The translations under genes were made by a program, and so were the position numbers. This document shows positions 37,786 through 51,400 of a DNA stretch of 64,000 bases, one piece after another. The DNA comes from Squalus acanthias. Lineage: Eukaryota. Location: contig CM059432.1 of NCBI GenBank assembly GCA_030390025.1, positions 15,874,001 through 15,938,000 of the forward strand. The letters run 5' to 3'. The notes beneath the pieces were generated by a model. It worked only from the letters and a program-made list of their open reading frames with translations. It searched no databases and had not been told where the DNA came from. Position 1 is the first letter of the stretch, and every line of letters starts with the position of its first letter.

Positions 37786-39284
37786 AGTGAGGGAATACAA
37801 ATCGGTTACAAAGTATATATAGACAGAGAACAATGTGTCTGCAGAGATACAATCCGTCAGGGAGGCATTACATCAAAGACACAGCAGAGTACAGCTAAGA
37901 CAATGAGGTGGGGTCACAGGGGGTCCAACGTGTCAAATGCTGCAGTCTGCAGTTAAGCTTTTTACTTTTTTTTAAAACTGGAAATCACATCTGTGAACAA
38001 GACAACGACGTCGAGTATGATTCTATGATAAGGAGAATAAAGCATAAGAACATTCCAGAAGCGTATGAATTACGTAATAATGAACAAGAAGGTACATATA
38101 GACTGAGAGTTTTACCACATCCTTGATCACTTTACCACAAAGCAAAAGGCCTTAAAATGAAAGGACAGCTTAAGTTTATAAAGTGCCTTATCAAGTCTCT
38201 GAGGAACGTCTGAAAGCACTTTGCATACAATCAATCGCTTTGAAATGCATTCAATGTTGTTATACAGGCAGCCCTCTCTTAAATGTTTTATTCTGATTCG
38301 TTCCCATTCACTGATCTGTGAAGAAAAATCTATTTCTGTCTTTTCTTAAAAATGTAAAAGTTTAAATTTCTAATTACGGAACTAAACAATTTTCAAACTG
38401 TTGAAACTGAGAGCAAGTCATACCAGTCGCAGGCAGAAGCTTTGTGCAAAAGATGCAATCCAGAATCGGGTGTTGCAGCACCTACTCCACATTCCACGAG
38501 TTGTAGAGCCAATTTCTGTCTTGATGTGGATCTCATTGTGGTCTAATTATATGATTTCCATGATTGAAAAGCTTAACACTTGAAATGGGCAAACGATGCA
38601 TATAGTTGGCGGGATAGACCAGTATATCATGGCAGGGTTTCTGCATTTCCAACACTTGAATTTCATCATCTCCACAAATGCAAAAACGCTCTGGTGATGT
38701 CTGGAGGCTCTGGCAATGGTGTATATTAGTATCTATGCCTCTACCCTACTGAAGGCAGGATTGTCAATATTCTACAAATTATAGGGTGTGAGGTTTTCTT
38801 GGGTTATATAGCGGAGACGTTACCTCACATCAGAAACATTAAAATGGTTACAAGTGGTAGTCTCTACTCACTATTTCTGATATTAGAGGACAAACACTTA
38901 ATTCAGTCGTATGACAATCCTTTGTACTATTTTAATGGAGGTGTTAACACATTTAAAATAAATTGTCCGCTAATATAATCAGTGGTAATTTCTAGCCATA
39001 TATTCTTCTCTCATACTTTTTTTCCTTATTTTTCTCTCTTCCTTTTATTTTTCTGTTTCCCATTTTTTTTGTGTGTTTCTCTTTCTCTCTTCACAGCCCA
39101 GGTGACTGAGTTTACTCTTCACTTGCTGAGGAACCGGGCTACGCTAGGGAAGCGAAACTTAGAGGACTTCCACTAATGCACTGATTGCTGGGATAGCAGC
39201 GCCTCCATAGCATGCTTTATGTCACTTCCTGGAGACACAGAATCACAGTAAAGACCAGGAATTACTACTGCAGTTCTTAAGGAA

Positions 39285-40457
39285 CGGTAGCATAGTGGTT
39301 ATGTTACTGGACTAGTAATCCAGAGGACTGGACTAATGATCTGGAGACTATGGGCTAGATTTTCTCAATGGGGAGCTTTTGGAGGTGGGACTCCCACTTG
39401 TCGGGTTTTAGTCCCGCCTCCATCGGCTTGTGGCCAACCCACGCTATTTCCCTTGATTGACCTCGTTAAGCCCGCCCAATGGGCTTAGCAGGCCAATTAA
39501 GGGAAAGCTGGTTATTGGTGAGGTCAGCGAGTGACGTTTCATCTGTCAAGAGCTTTTGATAGATGAATTGTCATCGTTTGACAGCTCTGTGAAGCTGTCA
39601 AACACTGACAATCTGTCTTTTAAGTTGAGTCTTTACTCAAGACTCAATTAGAAAGCCTTCCTGAGCAGAAAGCAGAAGGCTGCAGCTTTTGACAGTTCAG
39701 CAGCCATTCTGCTTTCTCTGCCGGTGAGCTGAGGGACTCCCGAGACCTGAAGGGATGAAGCCTGGAGGAAGAAGCAAAGGTAAGTAAAGCTTTTAAAACA
39801 CTCAACACTCACCTCGCACACTTACCTTGGCACACATGCACCCATCACTCACCTGCACACCGGGCATCTCAGCCCCTCCGACCCCCGCAGACCCACGGCC
39901 TGCCTCGCTGACCCTGGCGAGGTTCGGAGTCGTCGGGAAGCCCACACTTCAGGGCTCAAAATAGGGATTAGCCAAAAAACTGACTGTTAACAGGCAGTTA
40001 AATGGCTGTAATCCCCTTCCCGCCTCGAGGCAGGCGGCTCCCAGCGCGGGTCGGGTACCCGCCTCCTGGGAAGATGGCATGGAGGCGGGTTGGGGGCAGG
40101 ATGGGTACCCGCCCCCAGATTCTGCCATTTTGCCGGCAGTCCCGCCTCCATACCCGCCTCCCCAGGGCTGGCAAAATCGCCCCCCCATGAGTTCAAATCC
40201 CACCAGTTAATAAATAAATGAATCTGGAATTAAAAGGCTAGTATCAGTAATGGTGACCATGTAACTACCAGATTGTAGTAAAAACCCATCTGGTTCACTA
40301 ATGTAGGGAAAGAAATATGCCGTCCTTACTTGGTCTGGCCTATATCTGACTCCAGATCCTCCAGACTCTTAGCAAGCCGGGCAATTAGGGATGGACAATA
40401 AACGCTGGCCTTGCAAGTGACGCCCACATCCAGTGAATGAATAATTAAAAAAAAAAC
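39285..40457 (+). mobile_element. tRNA SINE (second family) split by an inverted MITE copy at ~39352-40186
   Basis: The head GGTAGCATAGTGGTTATG is separated from the B box GAGTTCAAATCCC by the MITE; intact copy at 41326. Confidence 0.8.
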
Positions 40458-40979
40458 ACACTAGTTAGCAATCCTGGGACAGGAGCTCATGATCTCACAG
40501 AAGACTTGACAACTTAAACTTGCACCAAGTCTGTTCACCCATCCCACTGTGCTTGCTGACCTACATTTACTGGCAACGCCACGATTTAAAAATTCCCAAC
40601 CTTGTGTTCACTTCCCTCCATGGCCTCGCCCCTCCCTATCTCTGTAACCTCCCCAAGCCCTACAATCGTCCGAGATCTCCGTGCTCCTCCAATTGTTGCA
40701 CATCCCATTGCGATATACTAATTAAAAAGGCTGTTCTCAGAACTAATGAATTTGTGCTGTTTACTTCCCCACAAGCAGGAGTGTAGCCCTGGAGTGAAGC
40801 ATTCACATATACACTGAGGAGTTCATAAATGCTGACGACATCTTAGCAGCTTTAAGCAATCGTGCAGTGGTTTGCTCGTGGTATTTCTGCACACCACATA
40901 CATGCCTTTCAGCCAGTGGTGGCTGCCCCTATAATGTGTGTCTTGTGTACTACTGAGGATTTTCTGACTTCATCTGCAG

Positions 40980-41131
40980 CCGTTCTTTGCCATTATGATC
41001 ATTGATGGACATGTGGAAGCTCACGTGAACACAGGTGATGGAGTCAACACCAGGAGAGTCGTTGCCAAGGCCCCGTCTGGAACTTTCAGCGATGGGCAGG
41101 AGCATTCTATCATACTCGCTAGAAATAAGAG
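40980..41131 (+). CDS. LAMA1: LAMA1 LG3 exon (PFFAIMIIDGHVEAHVNTGDG...SDGQEHSIILARNK)
   Basis: cag| and |gtgtgt; phase 0 to 2. Confidence 0.94.
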
Positions 41132-41325
41132 GTGTGTGTTAGGTGATCAAAATCAGAGGGCTTACAATGAAGTCGTTGTGAATGAAATGAAGAAAATTTA
41201 AAATAACGAGTTCGATTACTGAATTTAATTTCTTTGTTTGAGCAGGAAGGCTCCAATCATCAATAAAAATCAGTCCCACTACTTTAATCAGGTGTGCTTT
41301 TGTCACATCTCGTCAGAATGAGAAA

Positions 41326-41780
41326 GGGGTACGGTAGCATAGTGGTTATGTTACTGGACTAGTAGTCCAGAGGCCTCGACTAATAATCTAGGAGATGTGA
41401 GTTCAAATCCCACCATGGTATCTGGGGGAATTTAAATTCAGTTAATTAAATAAATCTGGAATTAAAAAGCTAGTATCATTAATGAGTGACCATGAAACTA
41501 CAGGATTGTCATAAAAACCCATCTGGTTCACTAATGTCCTTAAGGGAAGGAAATCCTTACCTGGTCTGGCCCATATGTGACTCCAGACCCACAGCAATGT
41601 GGTTGACTCTTAATTGCTCTCTGAAATGGCCTGGAAAGCCACTCAGTTGTACACAACCGCTGTGACTATGGGAGTACCTTCACCACAAGGACTGCAGTGG
41701 TTCAGGAAGGCTTCTCAAGGGAAATGAGGGATGGGCAATAAACGCCAGTGATGCCCACATCCCGGGAACTAATAAAAAAA
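41326..41780 (+). mobile_element. tRNA SINE sharing its 3' tail with the LINE family at 22191/52525
   Basis: A/B boxes; tail GGGATGGGCAATAAA...GATGCCCACATCCC + poly-A. Confidence 0.8.
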
Positions 41781-42404
41781 TTAGTGACAGAGCAAATGTA
41801 AATACATGTGCATGAGCTTTTAAACTTTTTAAATGTTTTATGAACTCAATTAATGCCTTCACCTAGAAGTAGCTAACTTGCACAGTACTGAACTCACAGG
41901 GTTTAAACCATGGGGCCTTCTGGTCCGCACCACCTGGAGCATTTACACATTGAGATAGTAGAGGGGTGGGAGAGGATGAGATCGGGAGGGGCTGAACAGT
42001 GGCCAGCAGCGACCTGCAAGTTTCAATGTGGAGCCAGAAGCACCTCCCCTCCCCCCGCTCCTCCTGGCTCCACATTCAGGTAAGTAGCATTTGGAACACG
42101 CCTATGTAGTAGCAGCCTCCATGGGTCCCTTTAAAGCCCGCTAGTCTGGCATGGTGCAAGCTGGGGTCAGTCGTGATCCCAGTTTCCCAAAGGGGTCTAA
42201 AACAGGCGTTGGCTGCTCCAGTTGCATAGGTCAACTCCAGGGCGCCCTAATCACTTTGGCAAGTGGCGCTCTCCCGATGCGGACTGAGCGCACGCACGCC
42301 ATGTTGGACCCTTCAGTACCTGCTCTTAGCCTGAAAAAACGGGCACACCGCGCAATCCAGGCCATTGTTCTGTCTATAAATATCAGAAATAATTGGCTGT
42401 AAAA

Positions 42405-43679
42405 AAAGGTAAATCATGCTTGACTAATCTACTGGAATTTTTTGAGGATGTAACTGGTAGGATAGATAAGGGAGAACCAGTGGATGTGGTGTATTTGGAC
42501 TTTCAGAAGGCTTTCGATAAGGTCCCGCATAAGAGGTTAGCGTGCAAAGTTAAAGCACATGGGATTGGGGGTAAGGTACTGACTTGGATAGAGAACTGGT
42601 TGGCAGACAGGAAGCAAAGAGTTGGAATAAACGGGTCTTTTTCTGAGTGGCAGACAGTGACTAGTGGGGTACCGCAGGGATCGGTGCTAGGACCCCAGCT
42701 ATTCACAATATATATTAATGATCTAAACGAGGGAACTGGATGTAATATCTCCAGGTTTGCAGACGACACAAAGGTGGGTGGGCGTGTGTGCTGTGAGGAG
42801 GATGCAGAGAAACTCCAGTATGATTTGGACAGGTTGGGTGATTGGACAGATGCATGGCAGATGCAGTATAATGTGGATAAATGCGAGGTTATCCACTTTG
42901 GTGGCAAAAACAGGAAGACAGATTATTATCTGAACGGCAATAGATTGGGAAAAGAGGAAGTGCAACGAGACCTGGGTGTCCTTGTGCACCAGTCGCTGAA
43001 GGTAAGTATGCAGGTGCAGCAGGCGGTTAAGAAAGCAAATGGTATGTTGGCCTTCATAGCGAGAGGATTCAAGTACAGGAGCAAGGATGTCCTGCTGCAG
43101 TTGTACAGGGCCTTGGTGAGACCACACCTTGTGTGCAGTTTTGGTCGCCTTATCTGAGGAAGGATGTTCTTGCCATGGAGGGAGTGCAGCGAAGATTCAC
43201 CAGACTGATACCTGGGATGGCAGGAATGACGTATGAAGAGAGATTGGGTCAATTAGCTTATATTCGCTAGAGTTTAGAAGAATGAGAGAGGATCTCATTG
43301 AAACTTACAACATTCTAACAGGACTAGACAGACTAGATGCAGGAAGGATGTTCCCATTGGCGGGGGAGTCCAGAACCAGGGGTCACAGTCTAAGGATAAG
43401 GGGTAAGCCATTTAGGACTGAGATGAGGAGGAATTTCTTCACCCAGAGAGTGGTGAACCTGTGGAATTCTCTACCACAGAAGGCAGTTGAGGCCAACTCA
43501 TTAAATATATTCAAGAAGGAGTTAGATATATTTCTTAAGGCTAAAGGGACCAAGGGATATGGGGAGAAAGCAGGGACAGGGTACTGAATTTGGAAGATCA
43601 GCCATGATCTCATTAAATGGCAGAACAGGCTCGAGGGGCCGAATGGCCTACTCCTGCTCCTATCTTCTATGTTTCTATG
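42405..43679 (+). mobile_element. 5'-truncated CR1 LINE (RT domain to 3' UTR)
   Basis: SCLTNLLEFF, YLDFQKAFDKV, GVPQGSVLGP, FADD; frameshift near 43130. Confidence 0.96.
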
Positions 43680-43752
43680 GGAGGCTCCTGAGCAGGTTCC
43701 CCACTTTTGACATCTCTCTCTATGTTGAACTCCTCTTGCTTCCTTCTTGCAG

Positions 43753-43938
43753 GATCATGACATTACAGATTGACGAAGGAAAAGTCCTTGAAATGAGACT
43801 TGGGTCCTCAGCTGACAGCGGCCCGTTGAACATTACCAGACTCTACGCTGGTGGGGTTCCAACTGGAGAGGGCGCTATTGTCCTTAAGATAACAAGATCG
43901 TTCAAGGGCTGCATCAAGAACCTGGTCCTGAATACTGA
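43753..43938 (+). CDS. LAMA1: LAMA1 LG3 exon (IMTLQIDEG...SFKGCIKNLVLNT)
   Basis: cag| and |gtaagt; phase 2 to 2. Confidence 0.95.
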
Positions 43939-44753
43939 GTAAGTTTTCTATGGTTCAATCTGGCCAGCACTGTGTTAAGAGCAAGTGGAAACTGCATGTA
44001 ATGAGTCTCTCTTTAAACGCTCTTCAAAAAAATGGAAATGTTCTCCCCTTGCAGTGTTTGATGCGGCATGAAGCTACCTGTTTCTACCTCGTATGTTGTG
44101 GTATTTAACTTTAAAAAAAACAACTTCTGTCTCTACTCTAGTAAAACAACCAAAACTAAAAACGGAAAGAAACGGGAGCAGCTCTGTCACATCTTAATTA
44201 TTTATTTATTTATTTTTTGCTGGGCCTCTTTTGGCCTTGGCTGCTGTTTCCCAGCAGGCTTTGCCTGGCAGGAAAGCCACCGTCGCTTCCCCACTTAGGC
44301 CTCGGGTTAAAATACCAGATCGGGCCCCGATGATGTCATGGGAGCCCGATCTGCATGTTTAAAGAGGACCCCACCGGTTTGGGCTGGATGTCCCACCTGT
44401 CGGGGCGGGAAAGGAGTGAGTAAATCCTTCACTCCATTTTAACTGCCACCTCCCCCCCCGCCACGCCCAGAACCTGGATCAACACTGCATCAAAGAAGAT
44501 GGGAAATAGGTTTGTGATTTCCTATGTAGTGATCCCCTGATCTCGAACAGACTGTCCCACAGAAAGGTATCATAAGACAGATAATAATGCAATTAAAGTA
44601 ATAGTGCAGATATAATTCCATTAAAACCATAGTATAGATACATCATTCTCATAACACAGATACAGTTCTGTTAAAATATATACAGATGGCATAGATATAA
44701 TTCTATCAAAATTGTCAGCCCCATAGAGCGGAACCAATGCTGGTTGTGGATTC

Positions 44754-45030
44754 AGGGAGCATAGTCTAAAAATTAGAGCCAGACCTCTCAGGAGTGAAAT
44801 TAGGAAATACTTCTACACACAAAGGGTGGTAGAAGTTTGGAACTCTCTTCCGCAAAAACGGCAACTGATGCTAGATCAATTGTTAATTTTAAATTGGAGA
44901 TTGATAGCTTTTTGTTAACCAGAGTTATTAAGGGATATGGGCCAAAGGCGGGTATATGGAGTTGGGTCGCAGATCAGCCATGATCTCATTGAATGGCGGA
45001 GCAGGCTCGAGGGCCTACTCCTGGTCCTGT
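44754..45030 (+). mobile_element. CR1 3' fragment
   Basis: Same family as 16838-17233; other short CR1 ends at ~13170, ~37440, ~46090 and ~46608. Confidence 0.85.
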
Positions 45031-45573
45031 GTTGCTCATGCTGAATTCGAGCTCTGGCAAAATCCCACATCCGAGCAGGGTGTGAATAAAACCTCAGAGA
45101 CATACGGAGCAGCAAGGACCACAAATCAAGGGGAAGTGAGCCACAAATGGCTCCCAAGCCATATTCTGAGTTCCACTGTATTACATCACAGCAGTAGTAT
45201 CTGCTAGATTGCTCATTACAGTAGAGCTATTGTGATGGGCACGCTACATTACAATCTGTTTATGAAAACGCACTAGAATATAGTCGATGAAGCTTGGATT
45301 GTCCTATCAATATTATTTTAACACCACAGCAACCCACTTAAAACATTAGCAGCTAGTAAATACAGTCTAAAGTCACATCTACATATAAATTGGATCCTTA
45401 CTTTAAAAAAATTGGCAACTACAAAACATTTGACTTTTTTTTTTACTTTTAGCTGTATAAGTCACTCCCTTATATTTACAGGCCATCGGATTGTGGAAAT
45501 TGTGATTTGTGTTTTATGGTAATTGCCGTTGCATTCTGTGTAATTTAAAAGAAACTTCTTGTTTTAATCACAG

Positions 45574-45760
45574 GTTGTTAGATTTCAGTGGCGCTCTGAA
45601 GTACCAGAATATTGATCTGGACAGCTGCCTGCTTTCAGAGAGACCAACACCTGAGCCAGATGAGAGAGACTTGGAGCTAGTAGCGCAGCCTACTGTTACA
45701 CCCATCCAACCACCTGAGAAAAAAGCCACCCCCACGACCTTGTCTTCCAGCACCAAAACT
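45574..45760 (+). CDS. LAMA1: LAMA1 LG3 end and LG3-LG4 linker
   Basis: cag| and |gtaagg; LLDF...DLDSCLLSERP followed by a Pro/Thr-rich linker; phase 2 to 0. Confidence 0.93.
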
Positions 45761-47223
45761 GTAAGGATTCTGCAACATCGGCTCCATGCGTTCAGTCAAA
45801 ATAGAAAATTCTCAAGTCTTGTTTTCGTGTGAAAGATTTTCGATTTGAATAATTCCTCAATGAGATTATTTCGTACTAAGGCTGCCGCTTTGCTTCCACT
45901 TTTGTGTTGACTTGAAATAATTTTGCATGCGTATCGACATGAAAGCGGCAGTATAACTTCGGCGTCAGTTCCATGGCCAGACTCCTAAGCAAACTAGAGC
46001 AAGGGTCTGGAGACCACCTCTGGCAGGTAGTCTCACGGCATTTAGGCTTTGCACCCGGTATTGGTGTCACTCCAGCCTGGTGGAAAACAAGGGAATCAAG
46101 CGATATAGGGAATGGGTGGGAAAGTGGAGTTGAGGTTGAAGATCAGCCATGATCTTATTGAATGGTGGAGCAGGCTTGAGGGGCTGTATGGCCCACTCCT
46201 GCTCCTGTTTCTTATGTTCTTATTTACAAAGATCCCACAGCCTGGGAACTTTTCAAACTCAGTGCGGAGTCTTTTTCGTGTGAGGCGAAAGCAGACAAGC
46301 CTGCCTGTGTTGTCGTAATATTAATAATTAACCACCCGGAACAGAAGCTCATTGAAGAGCTTTTCTCTGGCTGAGGAGAGGCCAATCCACAGAAAAGTGT
46401 AGTCTGGTATGGCAGGTCTGCCAGCTGAGAATAGACAGCCCTTGACACGTACTGGCCCCAATGCTATCTCGTAAAACGGCAACCTGTGGTTTTTCTCATT
46501 AATCGTGCATTAGTCTGGTACCATTTCTGTTTCAAAATTGCGATCTATTGCAATTTAAAAAAGAATATTTTTATTTATTCAGCTTGGAGTGGAGTGATGT
46601 TGATAGCATCATAGAATGGTATAGCACAGAAGGAGGCCATTCGGCCCATCGTGCCTGTGCCAGCTCTTTGGTAGAGCTATCCAATTAGTCCCACTCCCCC
46701 TGCTCTTTCCCCATAGCCCTGTAAAATTTTTTCCCTTCAAGTATTTATCCGATTGTATTTTGAATGTTACTATTGAATCTGCTTCCACCGCAGTGCATTC
46801 CAGTACACGACAACACGCTGTGTAAAAAAAAAAAATGTTTCCTCATGTCGCCTCTGGTTCTTTTAGCCAATCTGTGTCCACTGGTTATCAACCCTTCTAC
46901 CACTGGAAATAGGTTCTCCAGTTTATGAAGGGCTCTGGTGAGTTCTAGGATGGGGAAATTTTCCCTGGGGGGTGGGGGGGAAGAGAGCAGACAGTCAGGA
47001 GGAGAATTGTTCCCAGGGCAGTCTCGCGCTCCTCATAGCAGCTAGTTGAGAACAATATTGGCAAAGGCTGGGACACAAATTGCCAGTCCACGGTTCTGAG
47101 TGGTGTTGCTTGTAAGGGAGACTAACGGAGATGGCGGAGAACACAGATAATTGCATTCTCAGAAACACTTCTGTTCGACCTGTAGATTCAGTGTTTAATT
47201 GCAGTGTTATTTTTGATCAACAG

Positions 47224-47336
47224 ACACAGTGTGCAGTGGAGGACCTGCCAGCCATTGTTTCCAATGCTTACCAATTCGGACTTGCACAAGGCAGTCACAT
47301 GATTCTGTCCCTTGATGAGACCACAGTCAAAAGGAA
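47224..47336 (+). CDS. LAMA1: LAMA1 LG4 start (TQCAVEDLPAIVSNAYQFGLAQGSHMILSLDETTVKR)
   Basis: cag| and |gtaagt; phase 0 to 2. Confidence 0.94.
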
Positions 47337-48411
47337 GTAAGTGTATTAGTTCAACAGTTGTGCGGGCCAAAAATGATCTTTATTAGAGACTGATTTTAAG
47401 TTTAAAACTCTGTGCAAATCTTCTTTGTAATCCTGAATCAGCAATGGAGCTCCTCATCCCAATAGGCAAAGGAAAGCTGTTCCTCTACCCTTTAACCAGT
47501 AGAGGGTGCCCTTGTCCCTGCTCCTCTGAACAATTCGGAAATGGCACCTTTGCTGTCGACTAGTTTTGCTGTGCTAATTTCCACCCTGCACAGCAACGTT
47601 GTGCTGTGCAGCCCCCCAAGATTGAGAATTTGTTCATCTTTGAGTTTTAAGTTTAGATTAAAGTTATCAATCGAAGATGGACCTCCGAAATTCCTCAAAA
47701 CCAGTGGATAAACATAAGAACATAATAAGAACATAACATAAGACGTCGGAGCAGGAGTAGGTCATTTGGCCCCTCATTTTAACCCACCCAAAACAGGTGG
47801 GTTTGGGTCGGGTGAGAAGTTAAAATATTAAAAATTTCCAACCCGCCTCGAACCTGGCCACTTAACGAAGGCGGGAAGGGGTGGGCAGGCACTCAATCCA
47901 CTCTCGGGCAGGTCGGTCGGTAACAGCTTTTCAAGAGGCTGCATGCATGTCTCCATTTTTACAGGCTTTTTATTTTTAACCCATTTCGGTCGGATTTCCC
48001 GGGTCTTGGGGAAACCCAAGAGGTAAAAGGAGGCGAGAAGGGCCGGAACCGTAAGCTAAGTGCCTTTACTACACTGCTTGTGGGCCAGGAGGAGCAGGTG
48101 TGTTTCCCCTTGGCCCACCAAGCTTATTGCTTGCAGCGACACGATCACCAACTGCACCCCCCGCCCCCCACCAACCACCATCTCAATTTCCAGCCCCCCC
48201 AGCCGCAACTGCAATCTCCCTCCAACCACGCTGTTAATCAGGCTGGCTTTCGGGCGGGAAAACTGCAGCAAAAATGTAAACGACGTCCTGCAGTAGATAT
48301 CAGCAAGACGTCCGGAAAACCCGTACTTCCGGGTTTCCAGTCCACAACTCCTCCCCCTTCCCGCTCTGAACGCACCTCCCTGTAAATATCAGGGCCTTAC
48401 TTTCTAGATCG

Positions 48412-51400
48412 GGAAAGCAATAGTGATAGGAGATTCGATAGTATGGGGAACAGACAGGTGTTTCTGCGGCCGCAGACGTGATTCCCGGATACTACGTTGC
48501 CTCCCTGGTGCCAGGGTCAAGGATGTCACTGAACGGCTGCAGAACATTCTGAGGGGGGCGGGTGAACAGCCAGAGGCCGTGGCCCAACAGCATAGGTAGA
48601 AAGAGGGATGAGGTCCTGCAAGCAGATTTTAGGGAGCTAGGAAAGAGATTAAAAAGCAGGACTTCAAAAGGTAGTAATCTCCGGATTACTCCCAGTGCCA
48701 CGAGCTAGTGAGTATAGAAATCGAAGGACAGAGCAGATGAATGCGTGGCTGGAGAGATGGTGCGGGAGGGTTTTAGATTCCTGGGACAATGGGACCAGTT
48801 CTGGGGGAGGTGGGACCTGTACAGGCCTGGACGGGTTGCACCTCAACAGAGCTGGGACCAGTGTCCTCACGATGGGGTTTGCTAGTGCTGTTCGAGAGGG
48901 TTTAAACTAATTTGGCAGGGGGATGGGCACTAGGATGTAGCATTAGAAAGGAGAAACAAGGTACACAAAGGATTGGGGGAGACAGATAGCACTAGAGTAA
49001 GAAATAGTACGGTATTAGCTGGGGTCAGACTAAGAGAGAATACACAAAGCATGGGAAGCAAGGTTGGTGAGCTGCAGGCACAAATAGCCACATGGGAATA
49101 TGATGTTGTGGCAATAACGGAGACGTGGCTCAAAAAAGGGCAGGATTGGGTACTAAATATTCCTGGATATAAGATGTTCAGGAAAGATAGGGAAGTATTG
49201 TGTGCAGTTTTGGTCGCCTTATCTGAGGAAGGATGTTCTTGCCATGGAGGGAGTGCAGCGAAGATTTACCAGACTGATACCTGGGATGGCAGGAATGACG
49301 TATGAAGAGAGCTTGGGTCGATTAGGCTTATATTCACTAGGGTTTCGAAGAATGAGAGGGGATCTCATTGAAACTTATAAAATTCTAACAGGACTAGACA
49401 GACTAGATGCAGGAAGGTTGTTCCCGATGGCAAGGGAGTCCAGAACCAGAGGTCACAGTCTAAGGATAAGGGGTAAGTCATTTAGGACTGAGATGAGGAG
49501 GAATTTCTTCACCCAGAGAGTGGTGAACCTGTGGAATTCTCTACCACAGAAGGCAGTTGAGGCCAATTCATTAAATATATTCAAGAAGGAGATAGATATA
49601 TTTCTTAAGGCTAAAGGGATCAAGGGATATGGGGAGAAAGCAGGGACAGGGTACTGAATTTGGATGATCAGCCATGATCTCATTAAATGGCGGAGCAGGC
49701 TCGAGGGGCCGAATGGCCTACTCCTGCTCCTATCTTCTATGCTTCTATGAAAGAAAAGAGCTGGGGTGGCAGTATTAATTAAGGAGAATGTTACAGTGCT
49801 GGAGAGAGAGGATGTCCTGGAGAGGTCAAGGACAGAATCTATTTGGTTAGAGTTGAGAAACAATAGAGGTGCCATTACACTACTAGGTGTATTCTATAGG
49901 CCACCCATTAGTGGGAAGGATATAGAGCAGCAAATTTGCAGGGAAATTACAGAGCGGTGCAAGAACTATAGAGTAGTGATAATGGGGGACTTCAATAATC
50001 CTAATATATAGACTGGGATAGTAATAGTGTGAAGGTCAGAGAGGGGGAAGAATTTCTGAAGTGTGTTCAGGAGAACTTTCTTGATCAGTACGTTTCCGGC
50101 CCAACGAGGAAGGAGGCATTGCTGGATTTGGTTCTGTGGAATGAGGTGGGTCAAGTGGAGCAAATGTTAGTAGGGAAACATTTAGGGAACAGTGATCATA
50201 GTATCATAAGGTTTAGATTAGCTATGGAATAGGACAGGGAGCAATCTAGAGTAAAAGTGCTTAATTGGAGGAAGGCCAATTTCAGTGGGTTGAGAATGGA
50301 TCTGGCCCGGGTAAATTGGAATCAAAGATTGGCAGGCAAAACTGTAATCGAACAATGGGCTGCCTTTAAAGAGGAGATGGTTCGGGTACAGTCAAGGTAC
50401 ATTCCCATAAGGGGGAAAGGTAGGGCAATCAAAGTCAGAGCTCCCTCGATGACGAAAGAGATAGATAGTAAGATGAAGCAGAAAAAGGGGGCGTAAGACA
50501 GATGTCCAGTTGAGAATACAAGTGAGAAGCAGGCTGAATATAGCAAGTTCAGAGGGGAAGTGAAAAAGGAAATAAGAGGGACAAAGAGAGAGTATGAGAA
50601 TAGATTGGCAGCTAACATAAAAGGGAATCCAAAAGTCTTCTATAGGCATATAAATAGTAAACAGGTAGTAAGAGGAGGGGTGGGGCCGATTAGGGACCAA
50701 AATGGAGACCTATGCATGGAGGCAGAGGGCATGGCTGAGGTACTAAATGAGTATTTTGCATCTGTCTTTACCAAGGAAGAAGATGCTGCTAAAGTCATAG
50801 TGAAAGAGGAGGTAGAGGAGATACTGGATGGGATAAAAATTGATAGAGGAGATACTAGAAAGCTGGCTGTACTTAAGGTAGATAAGTCACCAGGACCGGA
50901 TGGGATGCATCCTAGGATGCTGAGGGAAGTAAAGGTGGAAATTGCAGAGGTACTGGCCATAATCTTCCAATCCTCCTTAGATACGGGGGTGGTGCCAGAG
51001 GACTGGAGAATTGCAAATGTTACACTCTTGTTCAAAAAAGGGTGTAAGGATAAACCCAGCAACTACAGGCCCAGTCAGTTTAACCTCGGTAGTGGGAAAG
51101 CTTTTAGAAACGATAATCCGGGACAAAATTAACAGTCACTTGGACAAGTGTGGATTAATTAAGGAAAGCTAGCACGGATTTGTTAAAGGCAAATCGTGTT
51201 TAACTAACTTGATTGAGCTTGTTGATGAGGGCAATGCGGTTGACATGGTGTACATGGACTTCCAAAAGGCGTTTGATAAAAAGCCACATAATAGGTTTGC
51301 CAGCAAAGTTGAAGCCCATGGAATAAAAGGGACAGTGGCTGCATGGATACGGAATTGGCTAAGTGACGGGAAACAGAGAGTAGTGGTGAACGGTTATTTT

